Counted from the first letter of the stretch, positions 53,501 to 63,903 are shown. The stretch is 64,000 nucleotides of DNA from an uncultured Pseudomonadota bacterium (GCA_964519365.1 CAZFHP010000001.1:3-64002), one strand, 5' to 3'. Program-made: numbers and translations. The notes: generated from the letters alone by a model not told the origin.

Positions 53501-54505
53501 ATGATTGAGAATGTAATTAAAAATAAAAAGATTCTTGTTACTGGCGGAGCAGGGTTTCTTGGAAGCCACTTATGTCAAAAACTTTTAGAGCTTAATAATC
53601 GCGTTATCGCACTTGATAATTTATACACAGGTCGCATGGCCAATCTTGCACACTTACTTGAACATGAAAACTTTCATGTGATCAAACATGATGTTATTAA
53701 TCCCATAAATATTGATATCGATTTAATCTTCAATCTTGCCTGTCCCGCTTCTCCTCCACATTATCAAAAAGACCCGCTATTTACCACAAAAACAAGTGTT
53801 TTGGGTATTCTAAACATACTTGAACTAGCACAAAAAAATAATGCTCGTATTTTACAAGCTTCTACAAGCGAAGTCTATGGGGACCCTGAAAAACACCCTC
53901 AGCCAGAAAGTTATAAGGGCAGCGTTAATCCTATTGGCATTAGAGCATGTTATGACGAAGGCAAACGATGTGCCGAATCACTTATGTTTGACCACAAACG
54001 TATGTACGAAACTGATATTAAAATTGTTCGCATCTTTAATACATACGGCCCACACATGGACCCAAACGACGGTCGTGTCGTTAGTAACTTTATTATTCAA
54101 GCATTACAAAACCAGCCTATAACTATGTACGGCGATGGGAACCAAACACGTTCTTTTTGTTACGTAGATGACCTGATTAACGGGATTGTCTCTATGATGG
54201 GTTCAAAAAAATCTTTTACTGGTCCCGTTAATTTAGGTAACCCAATAGAATTTAACTTACTCGAACTCGCACAACTTATTTTAGATCTTACAGATAGCAA
54301 GTCACAGATTATTTTTAAGCCATTACCTGAAGACGACCCAACACGCAGGCAACCAGATATTAGCTTGGCTAAAGAAAAATTAAATTGGGAGCCTAAAATT
54401 AATTTAAAAACTGGGTTAGAAAAAACAATCCCGTATTTTGAAAAAGTCCTGAGGACATCGTGTTTAGAACATAAAACATATGATGCAAAACAAACAATAC
54501 TATAA
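53501..54505 (+). CDS. UDP-glucuronate decarboxylase (UDP-xylose synthase)
   Basis: [16 protein letters not shown]...N.VIALDN.YTGR..N...[18 protein letters not shown]...[32 protein letters not shown]...IFNTYGP.M...[12 protein letters not shown]. Confidence 0.85.
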   Translation: MIENVIKNKKILVTGGAGFLGSHLCQKLLELNNRVIALDNLYTGRMANLAHLLEHENFHVIKHDVINPINIDIDLIFNLACPASPPHYQKDPLFTTKTSVLGILNILELAQKNNARILQASTSEVYGDPEKHPQPESYKGSVNPIGIRACYDEGKRCAESLMFDHKRMYETDIKIVRIFNTYGPHMDPNDGRVVSNFIIQALQNQPITMYGDGNQTRSFCYVDDLINGIVSMMGSKKSFTGPVNLGNPIEFNLLELAQLILDLTDSKSQIIFKPLPEDDPTRRQPDISLAKEKLNWEPKINLKTGLEKTIPYFEKVLRTSCLEHKTYDAKQTIL

Positions 54506-54513
54506 GCAAGCCT

Positions 54514-55701
54514 ATGAAAGTAGCAATCGCCGCCGGTGGACGGTTTCACGCGTTTCATCTTGCACATCAATTAGCCAAACGAAATAGCCTTAAAAGACTT
54601 TTTACGTTTTGCTACACAAAACAAGACAAAAGTTATGTCACTCCAGCACTTGTAACAAACGATAGATTTTGTGGGACACTTAACTATGCCTATTCTAAGC
54701 TACGCCTATACAAAGTACTCCCCCCATCTAAGTTTAATATCTTTAAAGATAATTGCTTTGATAATTTTGTACGCAAAGAAATTAAAAACTTGGGAACACT
54801 AGACATCTTTGTTGGCTGGGGACATTATGTAAAAAACAGCATTCCTGAGATAAAAAAAACAGGCGCAAAACTTATCATCGAATCTGGATCATGTCACATT
54901 AAAACACAACAAGAGCTCTTACAAGAAGAATACAAAAAATGGGAATTACACTATCCCCCAATCTCACAAAAAAATATCGACAAAATGGTCACAGAATATC
55001 AAGCAGCTGATTATATTATGACACTCTCAGAATTTTCTCGCCAAAGTTTTATTGACCAAGGTATAAAATCTGAAAAACTCTTAAAAGTCCCATGCGGATG
55101 CGACGTCGAGTATTTTTTAAAAACACACGACACAGAAAATAATCTTCACAAACAAAACATTAAACAAAAAAAATTTACGGTAATATTCGTCGGGCTTTTA
55201 AGCCTGCGCAAAGGCATACAGTATCTCTTACAAGCTTGGAACAAGCTTAATCTCCCAGAGCACAATACGCAATTACTTCTTGTTGGCACGTTACATAAAG
55301 ATCTTAAAACTGTCTTAAGCAAAATTAAAATCAAAAATAACGTCGTTTTTTTTGGGTCTACAAACAGGCAAACACTTCGAAAGCTTTATCACGATGCATC
55401 TGTGTTTGTTTTGCCATCAGTCGAAGATGGCTTTGGAATGGTCATGGGCGAAGCAATGGCAAGTAGGTTGCCCGTTATTTGCTCAAGTCATACCGGAGGC
55501 ACAGAGATAATTAAAAATGGGCAAGAAGGCTTTATCGTCCCAGCTTATGGTAGTAAAGCGCTGGCTGAAAAAATTTCATGGTGCTATGAACATCCTGAAA
55601 AATCCCAAGCTATGGGAGCCCTTGGGCAACAAAAAATTTTAAATTTTTCTTGGGATATTTATGGGCAACAAGTATATGAAACATATCAAAAGCTTGTCTG
55701 A
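54514..55701 (+). CDS. glycosyltransferase family 4 (GT-B)
   Basis: C-terminal FVLPSVEDGFGMVMGEAMASRLPVICSSHTGGTEII (E-x7-E region). Confidence 0.75.
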   Translation: MKVAIAAGGRFHAFHLAHQLAKRNSLKRLFTFCYTKQDKSYVTPALVTNDRFCGTLNYAYSKLRLYKVLPPSKFNIFKDNCFDNFVRKEIKNLGTLDIFVGWGHYVKNSIPEIKKTGAKLIIESGSCHIKTQQELLQEEYKKWELHYPPISQKNIDKMVTEYQAADYIMTLSEFSRQSFIDQGIKSEKLLKVPCGCDVEYFLKTHDTENNLHKQNIKQKKFTVIFVGLLSLRKGIQYLLQAWNKLNLPEHNTQLLLVGTLHKDLKTVLSKIKIKNNVVFFGSTNRQTLRKLYHDASVFVLPSVEDGFGMVMGEAMASRLPVICSSHTGGTEIIKNGQEGFIVPAYGSKALAEKISWCYEHPEKSQAMGALGQQKILNFSWDIYGQQVYETYQKLV

Positions 55702-55821
55702 ATAGCCCTTTCAAATTTAATTCCTACCTGCAAAAGAACAACCGTTTGTAGATTGCCAGATTTATGCTATCCTGGCTCAATAGCGTTTTTATCGTAAACC
55801 CTATAACCAGAAAGACGCTCC

Positions 55822-56376
55822 ATGAAGCAATACATAAAAAAAGCATTTTGTACAAAGATATTATTTGCTTTTATCGCCCTTGCGCTTTTTTCTTTACATG
55901 TTTCTTGTAAGCAGGCTCCTGTTAATACTCAAACTCCTGTTCTTCGTGCCGCAAAAACATATGGCCAGGCAACTGTTGCCAATCTTATTAGCGTATACGA
56001 TGGCGATACGTTTAAAGTTAACATACATAATTATCCGGCAATCATAGGCGAAAATATAAGTATTAGAATAAATGGCATCGATACCCCTGAGATAAGAAAC
56101 AAAGATGAATTTCTTAAAGCAAAAGCATACGAAGCTCGTGATTTTGCATATAAGCTTTTAAGCTCAGCACAAAAAATCACACTTAAAAATATGCAGCGAG
56201 GGAAATATTTTAGAATTATAGCAGACGTTATACTTGACGATACCATAGATTTAGCCCAAGAACTAATCAAAGCCCGGCTCGCACAGCCATATGATGGAGG
56301 ACCTCGTCCAAGCTGGGATGGCTTTTTTGATACAAAAAATATGACCCAGCAAAAACAGTTACAACAAACCCAATAA
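55822..56376 (+). CDS. secreted thermonuclease (SNase/micrococcal nuclease-like)
   Basis: Signal peptide, then VYDGDTFKV...IRINGIDTPE...A..A..F.... Confidence 0.75.
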   Translation: MKQYIKKAFCTKILFAFIALALFSLHVSCKQAPVNTQTPVLRAAKTYGQATVANLISVYDGDTFKVNIHNYPAIIGENISIRINGIDTPEIRNKDEFLKAKAYEARDFAYKLLSSAQKITLKNMQRGKYFRIIADVILDDTIDLAQELIKARLAQPYDGGPRPSWDGFFDTKNMTQQKQLQQTQ

Positions 56377-56396
56377 TAAACGAAAGACTCGGGTGC

Positions 56397-57665
56397 ATGA
56401 TAATTAAACATAACAAAATAAATTTTAACGTGTTTTATTTTCTTCTCGTTGTTTTATGTGCTTGTTTTACATGTCATGCACAACAAAACACGTGCCAGTT
56501 TAACTACACGTTCAAAACAGAAGTAGTTTATAACGACACACACGGCTTTGAAGTTTCTGATACAATCGAACGCTTTGCTCGAGAACAAAATAAGTACTTA
56601 AACAAGTCACGTTATTTTGATTCAAAATTTATTCGCAAACCAAAAGAAGTTCGCAAATATCACACAAAACAAAAGCATAATACAGGTGACGTTGGGCAAT
56701 TAATAGATATTTACACAGAAGATGGACAATGGGTCCCATGTACATATTTCGACAGAAATAGCGATACACTTTTAATCGTCGGCGAGGGTTTTACCAACGA
56801 ACGGGAAGTTATGACACCGTTCGTTGATATGTTTGATTGTGACATTGTCTTATTTGACTTTAGAGGCCAAGGCTATAAACCATTTGATATAAAAAATCCT
56901 GAAACCTGGCCATTAGACCTGGCACAAGTAAGCTTTGGCATGGACTCTGAAATCTGCACACTGGGACAAGATGAAGAAAAAGACGTATTTGCTGTTATCG
57001 ATTATTTTAAAACGAAAAAAAACTATAAGCATGTTAATGGCGTTTCAGTGTGCTACGCATCATTTATTTTCTTAAAAGCAGAAGCGCTCAGGCCAGGGCT
57101 TTTTGATAAAATTGTCGTCGATGGTTGTTGGATTTCGGTACCCCTAATTGTTGAAAAATTAAAAAAAGACCCCAAAATGATCTTTAGCCCACAATACGGT
57201 GGATGGTCCAAAACGTGGCCTTGTTCTCAAAAATGGTGCGGCGACTTGTTGGAATTTTTAGCAGACGCCGTCTGGAAGTTACCATTTAACAACGTGTCTC
57301 TTTTAGATTATCTGCCAAAAATTAAAAATACCCCCGTGTTATTTTTCTATGGCAAAGACGATCTTATGGTAACCAGAAACGAATTTGAGCAGCTATGGGA
57401 AGCTCTTGGAACTCGTGAAAAAGTTGCGATAATTACATCAAACCCACATGTACGTAATCACCTTAAGCAAAAAGAGTTTTATAAACTCGCATGTGATCTA
57501 TTTTTCGATCTTTCTCCTGCACAATGCGTTGAGCACTTGAAAAGCATACATAACGTAGTAGACTATCACACAGAAAAGTTATTGAAATACAAAGGAAACA
57601 AAAACCCTTCGAGACGCTCCCCTTCGCAAGCTCAGGATTCGCTCCTCAGGGCGAACGGGAGATAA
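56397..57665 (+). CDS. secreted alpha/beta-hydrolase fold protein
   Basis: Signal FYFLLVVLCACFTCHA. Blocks LLIVGEGF, VLFDFRGQG, NGVSVCYAS and PVLFFYGKDDLMV are typical of alpha/beta hydrolases. The last ~20 codons are GC-rich. Confidence 0.55.
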   Translation: MIIKHNKINFNVFYFLLVVLCACFTCHAQQNTCQFNYTFKTEVVYNDTHGFEVSDTIERFAREQNKYLNKSRYFDSKFIRKPKEVRKYHTKQKHNTGDVGQLIDIYTEDGQWVPCTYFDRNSDTLLIVGEGFTNEREVMTPFVDMFDCDIVLFDFRGQGYKPFDIKNPETWPLDLAQVSFGMDSEICTLGQDEEKDVFAVIDYFKTKKNYKHVNGVSVCYASFIFLKAEALRPGLFDKIVVDGCWISVPLIVEKLKKDPKMIFSPQYGGWSKTWPCSQKWCGDLLEFLADAVWKLPFNNVSLLDYLPKIKNTPVLFFYGKDDLMVTRNEFEQLWEALGTREKVAIITSNPHVRNHLKQKEFYKLACDLFFDLSPAQCVEHLKSIHNVVDYHTEKLLKYKGNKNPSRRSPSQAQDSLLRANGR

Positions 57666-57705
57666 ATAAGTTCTCGAACTTTTTTCAAAAACCAAAGTCT
57701 ATTGT

Positions 57706-59223
57706 ATGAAAATACGCAAAATTCTCATCGCAAACAGAAGCGAAGTTGCCCTTCGCATACAACACACATGTCGAACGTTGGACATAAAAACTATCGCTAT
57801 CTATGCACCACAAGACGTAACGCTTTCTTATGTTTGCCAGGCAGACGAAGCGTATTGTTTATCTCAAGATGGCGCCCTTGGGTATTTTAATGCCAACAAG
57901 ATTATTGCAATCGCAAAAAAAGCTCATGTCTGTGCCATTCACCCCGGGTACGGGTTTTTATCAGAAAATGCTGATTTCGCCCAAAAAGTAATCGATGCTG
58001 GTATTATATGGATCGGGCCCAGTCCCAAACAAATTGCTTTGATGGCAGACAAAAACAAAGCTCGAACGCTCGCACAAAAAGCTGGCGTTCCCGTTATCCC
58101 AGGCGAAAAAGTATCGCTAGATAACGCACATGCATACGAACAGATTTGTTCTTATGCAACAAACATAGGTTACCCCGTTTTATTAAAAGACCCCCTGAGT
58201 GGCGGGGGCAAAGCCATGCGCTCAGCCTGTGATAAGCACGAACTAAAAAAAGCATTCGATCGTGTTATAAGCGAATCCAAAACAGGAGCCCGAGAAATTT
58301 TAATCGAAAGGCATCTAGAAAATACACGTCACGTAGAAGTTCAAATAGCAGGTGACGGCACAAATTTTGTACACCTGTATGAACGCGACTGTTCTACACA
58401 AAGAAAATATCAAAAGATTATTGAAGAGGCTCCGTGCACGTTTATTAATAATATCACTCAGGAAAAGCTTCATAACGCAGCATGTACGTTAGCTCGCGCA
58501 GCTGCGTATAATAATATCGGCACCGTAGAATTTCTTGTCACACCAGAAGAAGATTTTTATTTTCTAGAAATGAACACACGCTTGCAAGTAGAACACGGGG
58601 TCACAGAGTTGATAACAGGAATCGATCTTGTTGCGCTACAAATCGAAATTGCTCAATCAGGCATATTACCCGTAAAGCAAAAAGATGTCTCTTGTCGTGG
58701 ACATGCAATAGAGTGTCGCTTGTACGCCGAAGACGCACAAAATAACTTCTTGCCGTCAACCGGGACAATCTCTCACTTACACTTGCCCAATGGACCCTTT
58801 GTTCGATATGAACACGATTTGCACACAGATATCGATATTACACCCTATTTTGACCCCATGATCGCAAAAATACTGACCCATAATAATTCTCGAGAAAATA
58901 CACGCAAAAACATGCTTGCTATTCTCAAAAACATAGCACTTTGCGGGGTAACGACAAATCTTGACTTTTTACAAACAGTGCTAAATTCTAACGCTTTTAT
59001 ACACGGGAACCTTTACACACAATATCTTAATAGTCACGATCTTAATAATCACGATCATGTACGAACACTATTAGAAATACACGAAACGGCAAAAAGTATT
59101 CTTGAAAAAGATATCAGCACGCACGTACACAAGCTTATTGTGAGCAAACAAAAGCAAAAACAAAAAAAACAAGTACAACACGGTCCCAAACAAAACCTCT
59201 GGAAAGCGCTCCAATGGCAATAA
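57706..59223 (+). CDS. biotin carboxylase domain protein (acyl-CoA carboxylase alpha subunit, N-terminal part)
   Basis: KILIANRSEVALRI...HPGYGFLSEN..FA...ATP-grasp core...FLEMNTRLQVEH.VTE. Lys/Gln-rich C-terminal tail. Confidence 0.8.
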   Translation: MKIRKILIANRSEVALRIQHTCRTLDIKTIAIYAPQDVTLSYVCQADEAYCLSQDGALGYFNANKIIAIAKKAHVCAIHPGYGFLSENADFAQKVIDAGIIWIGPSPKQIALMADKNKARTLAQKAGVPVIPGEKVSLDNAHAYEQICSYATNIGYPVLLKDPLSGGGKAMRSACDKHELKKAFDRVISESKTGAREILIERHLENTRHVEVQIAGDGTNFVHLYERDCSTQRKYQKIIEEAPCTFINNITQEKLHNAACTLARAAAYNNIGTVEFLVTPEEDFYFLEMNTRLQVEHGVTELITGIDLVALQIEIAQSGILPVKQKDVSCRGHAIECRLYAEDAQNNFLPSTGTISHLHLPNGPFVRYEHDLHTDIDITPYFDPMIAKILTHNNSRENTRKNMLAILKNIALCGVTTNLDFLQTVLNSNAFIHGNLYTQYLNSHDLNNHDHVRTLLEIHETAKSILEKDISTHVHKLIVSKQKQKQKKQVQHGPKQNLWKALQWQ

Positions 59224-59723
59224 CAAAAGATTCTGTAAAAGTTCTTGTTTGGGACGAAAAAAATAATATCCTGCTTGTTACGGTCAAAAACAAAGTATAC
59301 AAAGCTAAGCTTGTTAAACATAACGATCATGATGTGATCTACTTGCTTAACACACAAAAAGCTTTTGCCATCGAACACAAAAAGAAAAACGCTTTAAGCC
59401 CATCAGACATGACAAAAGCAAAATCTTCTTTTTTTGAGAGTTCGCTAAAAAGCCCCCTGGCGGGAAGAGTAACGAAAATGCTGGTAAAAACTGGCCAGGC
59501 TGTTACTAAAAATCAGCCCCTGATAATTATCGAATCTATGAAGATGGATAACGAAATTTGCGCCACTTGCAACGCTCTTGTAAAAACTATTTCAATTTCG
59601 GAAGGAAATTTGGTACAACCAGATCAAGTGCTTATATCTTTTGAAAAAAGAGAAGAAAAAAGAGAAGAAAAAGGAGAAAAGAATGCATCATCAAAAAACA
59701 GAAATGTCCAAGAAAAAGTTTAG
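59214..59723 (+). CDS. biotin carboxyl carrier (biotinyl/lipoyl) domain protein
   Basis: SPLAGRVTKMLVKTGQAVTKNQPLIIIESMKMDNEI contains the (A/S)MKM biotinylation motif. ATGGCAATAA overlaps the biotin carboxylase stop. Confidence 0.75.
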   Translation: MAITKDSVKVLVWDEKNNILLVTVKNKVYKAKLVKHNDHDVIYLLNTQKAFAIEHKKKNALSPSDMTKAKSSFFESSLKSPLAGRVTKMLVKTGQAVTKNQPLIIIESMKMDNEICATCNALVKTISISEGNLVQPDQVLISFEKREEKREEKGEKNASSKNRNVQEKV

Positions 59724-60126
59724 AATCGGTGAACTTGCCAAAGAGCTAAAAATCAAAAAATACGTTATTCGATTCTGGGAAAAGGAGTTTGCTCTTAGCT
59801 CTGATCGTTCAGAAGGCGGCCAACGCTTTTATACACAAAAAGACCTTGATACGTTTAGTCACATCAAAGATCTTTTGTATGGACAAGGGTTTACGATATC
59901 CGGCGCAAAGAAACAGTTAGAAGATGAGAAAACGGGAGTAAAACAAAAAACAACAAGCGCTCTTGTCTTACAAGAAAAAACAAATGTCGATTCACAAAAT
60001 ATTATCGCAGCACGCAAAGAGCAACAAGTAAGTCTAGACAATTCAGAAAAATTTGATATTTTCTTGAAAGAATTAAAACAGTTAAAGAGACAATTAATCA
60101 ACTTTAAAAGCCTTCTCGATACTTAA
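59683..60126 (+). CDS. MerR-family transcriptional regulator
   Basis: HTH FRIGELAKELKIKKYVIRFWEKEF...RSEGGQRFYTQKDL. AAGGAG lies 6 nt upstream of the ATG at 59683. Confidence 0.75.
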   Translation: MHHQKTEMSKKKFRIGELAKELKIKKYVIRFWEKEFALSSDRSEGGQRFYTQKDLDTFSHIKDLLYGQGFTISGAKKQLEDEKTGVKQKTTSALVLQEKTNVDSQNIIAARKEQQVSLDNSEKFDIFLKELKQLKRQLINFKSLLDT

Positions 60127-60131
60127 ACTTT

Positions 60132-60920
60132 ATGCTTGAACATACAGGTTATAACGACACAACAGGCTTTCTTGTTATCAATAAGCCCACAGAAATCACA
60201 AGTTTTGATTGTATTCGAAAAATAAAAAAGCTTTTTGTAAACACAAACACAAAAAGCAAAATTAAAATTGGCCATACGGGAACACTCGATGATTTTGCTC
60301 AGGGGTTATTGATTATTTGTATTGGAAGACAAGCTACACGTTATGTTCGTGACCTTATGCGCATCAAAAAAGAGTATATCGTTAAAGCAAAACTTGGCGA
60401 ACTCACTGATTCATTAGATCTAACGGGCAATATCGTACAAAGCTCAGAACACACGCCCAATTTAAAGATCACAGCAAACGATATTAAAAAAGCAATTACA
60501 GAGCTGGGAAGCTCGTATGAACAAACGCCGCCCGTTTATTCAGCACTTAAACACAAAGGCAAACCGTTATATGATTTGGTTCGTAATCAAAAATTAGCTC
60601 AAGAAAAACTTGAAAAAATAATCAAAACAAAAAAAAGAACAGTTTTTTTGTACGAGTTTGAGCTTCTTGAATTTGATGCCCCATATTTTACATTTAGAGC
60701 GTTAGTCTCAAAGGGCACGTATGTACGCTCACTAGCTAACGATATCGCCAAAAAACTTGGAACACATGCAACAACATACGAACTTACACGTTCAAAAATT
60801 GGGAATATTTGGTTCGACGATGCGGTTGATATAAACAATATCAAAACGCTTACTGACATAAAAAATAATCTTTGGGATTTAAAAAAAATACAAGAAAAAC
60901 TGGGAATTTCTGAGAATTTT

Positions 60921-60941
<21 letters not shown>
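60132..60941 (+). CDS. truB: tRNA pseudouridine(55) synthase TruB
   Basis: The catalytic block GHTGTLDDFAQGLL and YSALKHKGKPLY. The 3' end runs 21 nt into the antisense tRNA-fMet gene. Confidence 0.85.
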
Positions 60942-60997
<56 letters not shown>

Positions 60998-61072
60998 CCA
61001 ATTTTGTGAAGTGATTATGTTTTAAGTATAGACCCCAGTTTACAATTGTCAAACGATAATCAAACAAAAAGC

Positions 61073-62035
61073 TTATTTCTCTAGTGTTTTTAACAACTTA
61101 CTAAAGTCCCGAGGGACTGGAAGGCTATATGCAAATGTTTGTCCTTCATACTCAAATTCAAGTTTCCATGCATGTAATGCTTGTCGTTTAATAAGCTTTG
61201 ACTGAACTCCATAGGTTGCATCGCCTAAAATCCCATGACCAATCGATGCTAAATGCACACGAATTTGATGGGTTCTACCTGTCACTGGGCTAGCCGCAAC
61301 GAGTGTTGTCTCTTTGTAATACGCAAGAACGTTATAATTGGTCAAAGCTGATCTACTGCAAATGCCTAAATGCGACATTTTGTGTCTATGTACAGGATGC
61401 CGACCAATATCATACGTAACACAACCAGTTTTATCTGGATGACCTTTGACAACGGCACAGTATGTCTTATGTATTTTTCTGTCTTTAAAAAGATTACTTA
61501 GTTTTATTTGGGCTATTTGGTTTCGTGCAACTAATATTAATCCCGAAGTATCTTTGTCTAAACGATGAACAATCCCAGGACGTTCTTTATCATCAAACGC
61601 ACATAATTCCTGAAAGTAATATAAAAGCCCTTTTACAAGAGATGGTTCTTCTGAATTTATATGCGTATTGTGCACAACAAGCCCTGCAGGTTTGTTGATA
61701 ACAAGAAAGTCTTTGTGCTCAGCAATTATCGCAAAATCTATTTTTTCTGGGGCACAGGTAAACGTATTATGCTGGGCAAAAAGTATATCAATATTATCGT
61801 TTTTGTTTACTAAATAGCTCCCCTTTGTTACAATTTTTGCATTAACATGTACATTATTTGTACGAATAAGCTTTTGAAAGTACGATCGCGAATAGTTCGG
61901 AAACAGATCAAAAAGATACTTGTCTAAGCGAACGGAAAAATCTTTGGTGTGTAAACAAAAAACAGAAAAAGACTTTTTATCACTTTGTAACATTTTCACC
62001 CAGTTTAGTATTAGTTCGTCTATCGTATTTAACAT
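61073..62035 (-). CDS. RluA/RluD-family 23S rRNA pseudouridine synthase
   Basis: N-terminal S4-like RLDKYL......SRSYFQKLI, catalytic HRLDKDTSGLILVA, and HQIRVH. Confidence 0.8.
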   Translation of the reverse strand: MLNTIDELILNWVKMLQSDKKSFSVFCLHTKDFSVRLDKYLFDLFPNYSRSYFQKLIRTNNVHVNAKIVTKGSYLVNKNDNIDILFAQHNTFTCAPEKIDFAIIAEHKDFLVINKPAGLVVHNTHINSEEPSLVKGLLYYFQELCAFDDKERPGIVHRLDKDTSGLILVARNQIAQIKLSNLFKDRKIHKTYCAVVKGHPDKTGCVTYDIGRHPVHRHKMSHLGICSRSALTNYNVLAYYKETTLVAASPVTGRTHQIRVHLASIGHGILGDATYGVQSKLIKRQALHAWKLEFEYEGQTFAYSLPVPRDFSKLLKTLEK

Positions 62036-62197
62036 AATTACTTTTTAAGTATACCGTGAAACTAGCGCTATAAGCGACTGGATATCATTAAAACATTTAT
62101 TTCGTTGCTATTTTTATGTAAAATAAATTCAAATGGGAATTTTACATAGTAATGGTAGTAATAGTAGTAGTAAATCATGCTAAAATTGGGGTAAATC

Positions 62198-63568
62198 ATG
62201 CTTGAAGTAAAAAAGATACTCTTTCAAATCGAAAACAACATAAAAGCGGTCATTAATGGCAAAACACCGCTTGGCATTGATTTATGGAACATTCTTCTTG
62301 AAGAACATCCTGCTGATATAGCACTATTAATTGGACGCATTGGTGACGAACATCAAGTTACCCTTCTAAAGAAACTCCCTTTAGACCTTTCAATAGACGT
62401 TTTTGAAAAAATACCTGAAAACCTTCAAGCCGAACTTCTTGTAGGGCTGGATATTGATCATGCAACAACTATTTTAAAACACATGCATGCTGATGAGCTA
62501 ACAGATCTATTTGATAATTTGTCTGATGAAGACCTTGAAAAATACTTAAAGTTACTCCAAAAAAAGCAGCGTAATCAAATCATATCACTTTTAACATTTG
62601 ATCCAGAATCCGCTGGTGGACGAATGAACAGTGACGTTATTACGTTACAAAAAGATTTTACGGTCAAAAAAAGTATCGAATTACTACAGCGATTAAGCTT
62701 ACAAAAAGACCTAATGGAACGTATCTATGTTACCAATAAAGATAACGTACTCGTCGGACATATTACACTTGAACAATTAGTTTTTAATAAAGCTGAAACG
62801 TTACTTTCACAAATTCTTCAAAAAAATGAAATCCATATTCATGTAGAAGAAGACCAAGAAGACGTTGCAAACCAAATGCAACACTACGAACTATCATCTG
62901 CCCCGGTTGTCGACAAACAAAATCACTTTCTTGGGGTTATAACAGCAAGTGATGTTGCTGAAATTATTCGGGAAGAAGAAAGTGAAGACGCATACAAACG
63001 ATTTGGTCTTTCTACTGTTGAATACAGCTACTTTGAAACCCCTACCTGGAAGCTTGTTCTTCAGCGTAGCACCTGGCTTATTGGTCTATTGCTCCTTCAG
63101 AGTGTTGCTGGCTTTGTGCTTGGGCGATATGAAAACATGCTCAAAGAATTCACGATATTATCTATCTTTCTTGGAATGCTTGTAGGAACCGGAGGCAATG
63201 CTGGGAACCAATCTGCAACACTGGTTATTCGAGGCCTAACGACAAAAGAAATGACCAAAAATAATATTTTTAAAGTATTGTTCCGAGAATTTAGTGTTTC
63301 ATTAGTCATTGCGTCACTGCTCTTTATTGTAGGCTTTGCGAGAGTTTATTATACATCTCATGATCTCATGAGTACGATTGCGATAAATGTTTCTCTTTTT
63401 CTTATCGTTATTGCTTCTATGCTCCTAGGATCAATAATTCCAATTTTGCTGCAATATTTCCATTTTGACCCAGCTCATTCAGCAGCCCCATTTCTTACAA
63501 CCATCATGGACATTTTAGGTATGATTATTTACATGTTTGTCTGTTATCACTTGCTATTTCCTGTTTAA
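62198..63568 (+). CDS. mgtE: magnesium transporter MgtE
   Basis: MgtE N-domain, a CBS pair (SAPVVDKQNHFLGVITASDV), and a TM domain with GTGGNAGNQSATLVIRGL. Confidence 0.9.
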   Translation: MLEVKKILFQIENNIKAVINGKTPLGIDLWNILLEEHPADIALLIGRIGDEHQVTLLKKLPLDLSIDVFEKIPENLQAELLVGLDIDHATTILKHMHADELTDLFDNLSDEDLEKYLKLLQKKQRNQIISLLTFDPESAGGRMNSDVITLQKDFTVKKSIELLQRLSLQKDLMERIYVTNKDNVLVGHITLEQLVFNKAETLLSQILQKNEIHIHVEEDQEDVANQMQHYELSSAPVVDKQNHFLGVITASDVAEIIREEESEDAYKRFGLSTVEYSYFETPTWKLVLQRSTWLIGLLLLQSVAGFVLGRYENMLKEFTILSIFLGMLVGTGGNAGNQSATLVIRGLTTKEMTKNNIFKVLFREFSVSLVIASLLFIVGFARVYYTSHDLMSTIAINVSLFLIVIASMLLGSIIPILLQYFHFDPAHSAAPFLTTIMDILGMIIYMFVCYHLLFPV

Positions 63569-63744
63569 AGAGTCCAAAATATAAAACCTGCCCCTAAAAC
63601 AAACCTCCAAATTATGTCTCCCAACGGCAGAAAACCGATGGATACAAGACCTGTATGATTTTTCTCCGATCAATGTAGCCATCAGGCTTCTTCTAAAAAA
63701 AATCTTTAATCGACCGACTATTTGTTTTTATTGCGAGCTTTTTC

Positions 63745-63773
63745 TTGACAAAAACCCGTAAATTCTTTACATT
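63745..63773 (+). promoter_or_regulatory. candidate sigma70-type promoter for the tRNA-Lys/tRNA-Glu unit
   Basis: TTGACA, then a 17-nt spacer, then TACATT, about 40 nt upstream of tRNA-Lys. Confidence 0.4.
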
Positions 63774-63813
63774 TCAATTCATGCTTAATTACATTTATGT
63801 GTAAGAGAAGTTA

Positions 63814-63889
63814 GAGCCGCTAGCTCAGTTGGTAGAGCAACAGCCTTTTAAGCTGTGGGTCGCAGGTTCGATCCCTGCGCGGCTCACCA
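63814..63889 (+). tRNA. tRNA-Lys (anticodon UUU), CCA encoded
   Basis: Acceptor GAGCCGC/GCGGCTC, anticodon arm ACAGC-CTTTTAA-GCTGT, T arm GCAGG-TTCGATC-CCTGC. Confidence 0.9.
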
Positions 63890-63903
63890 TTTTCTTTGAA
63901 TGC

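Noticed and set aside
59641-59682. The purine-rich repeat AAAAGAGAAGAAAAAAGAGAAGAAAAAGGAGAAAAG and the upstream alternative start of the MerR ORF.
   Set aside because: It encodes the EKREEKREEKGEK tail of the BCCP protein and supplies the AAGGAG ribosome-binding site for the ATG at 59683. There is no evidence for an independent element or a longer MerR protein.
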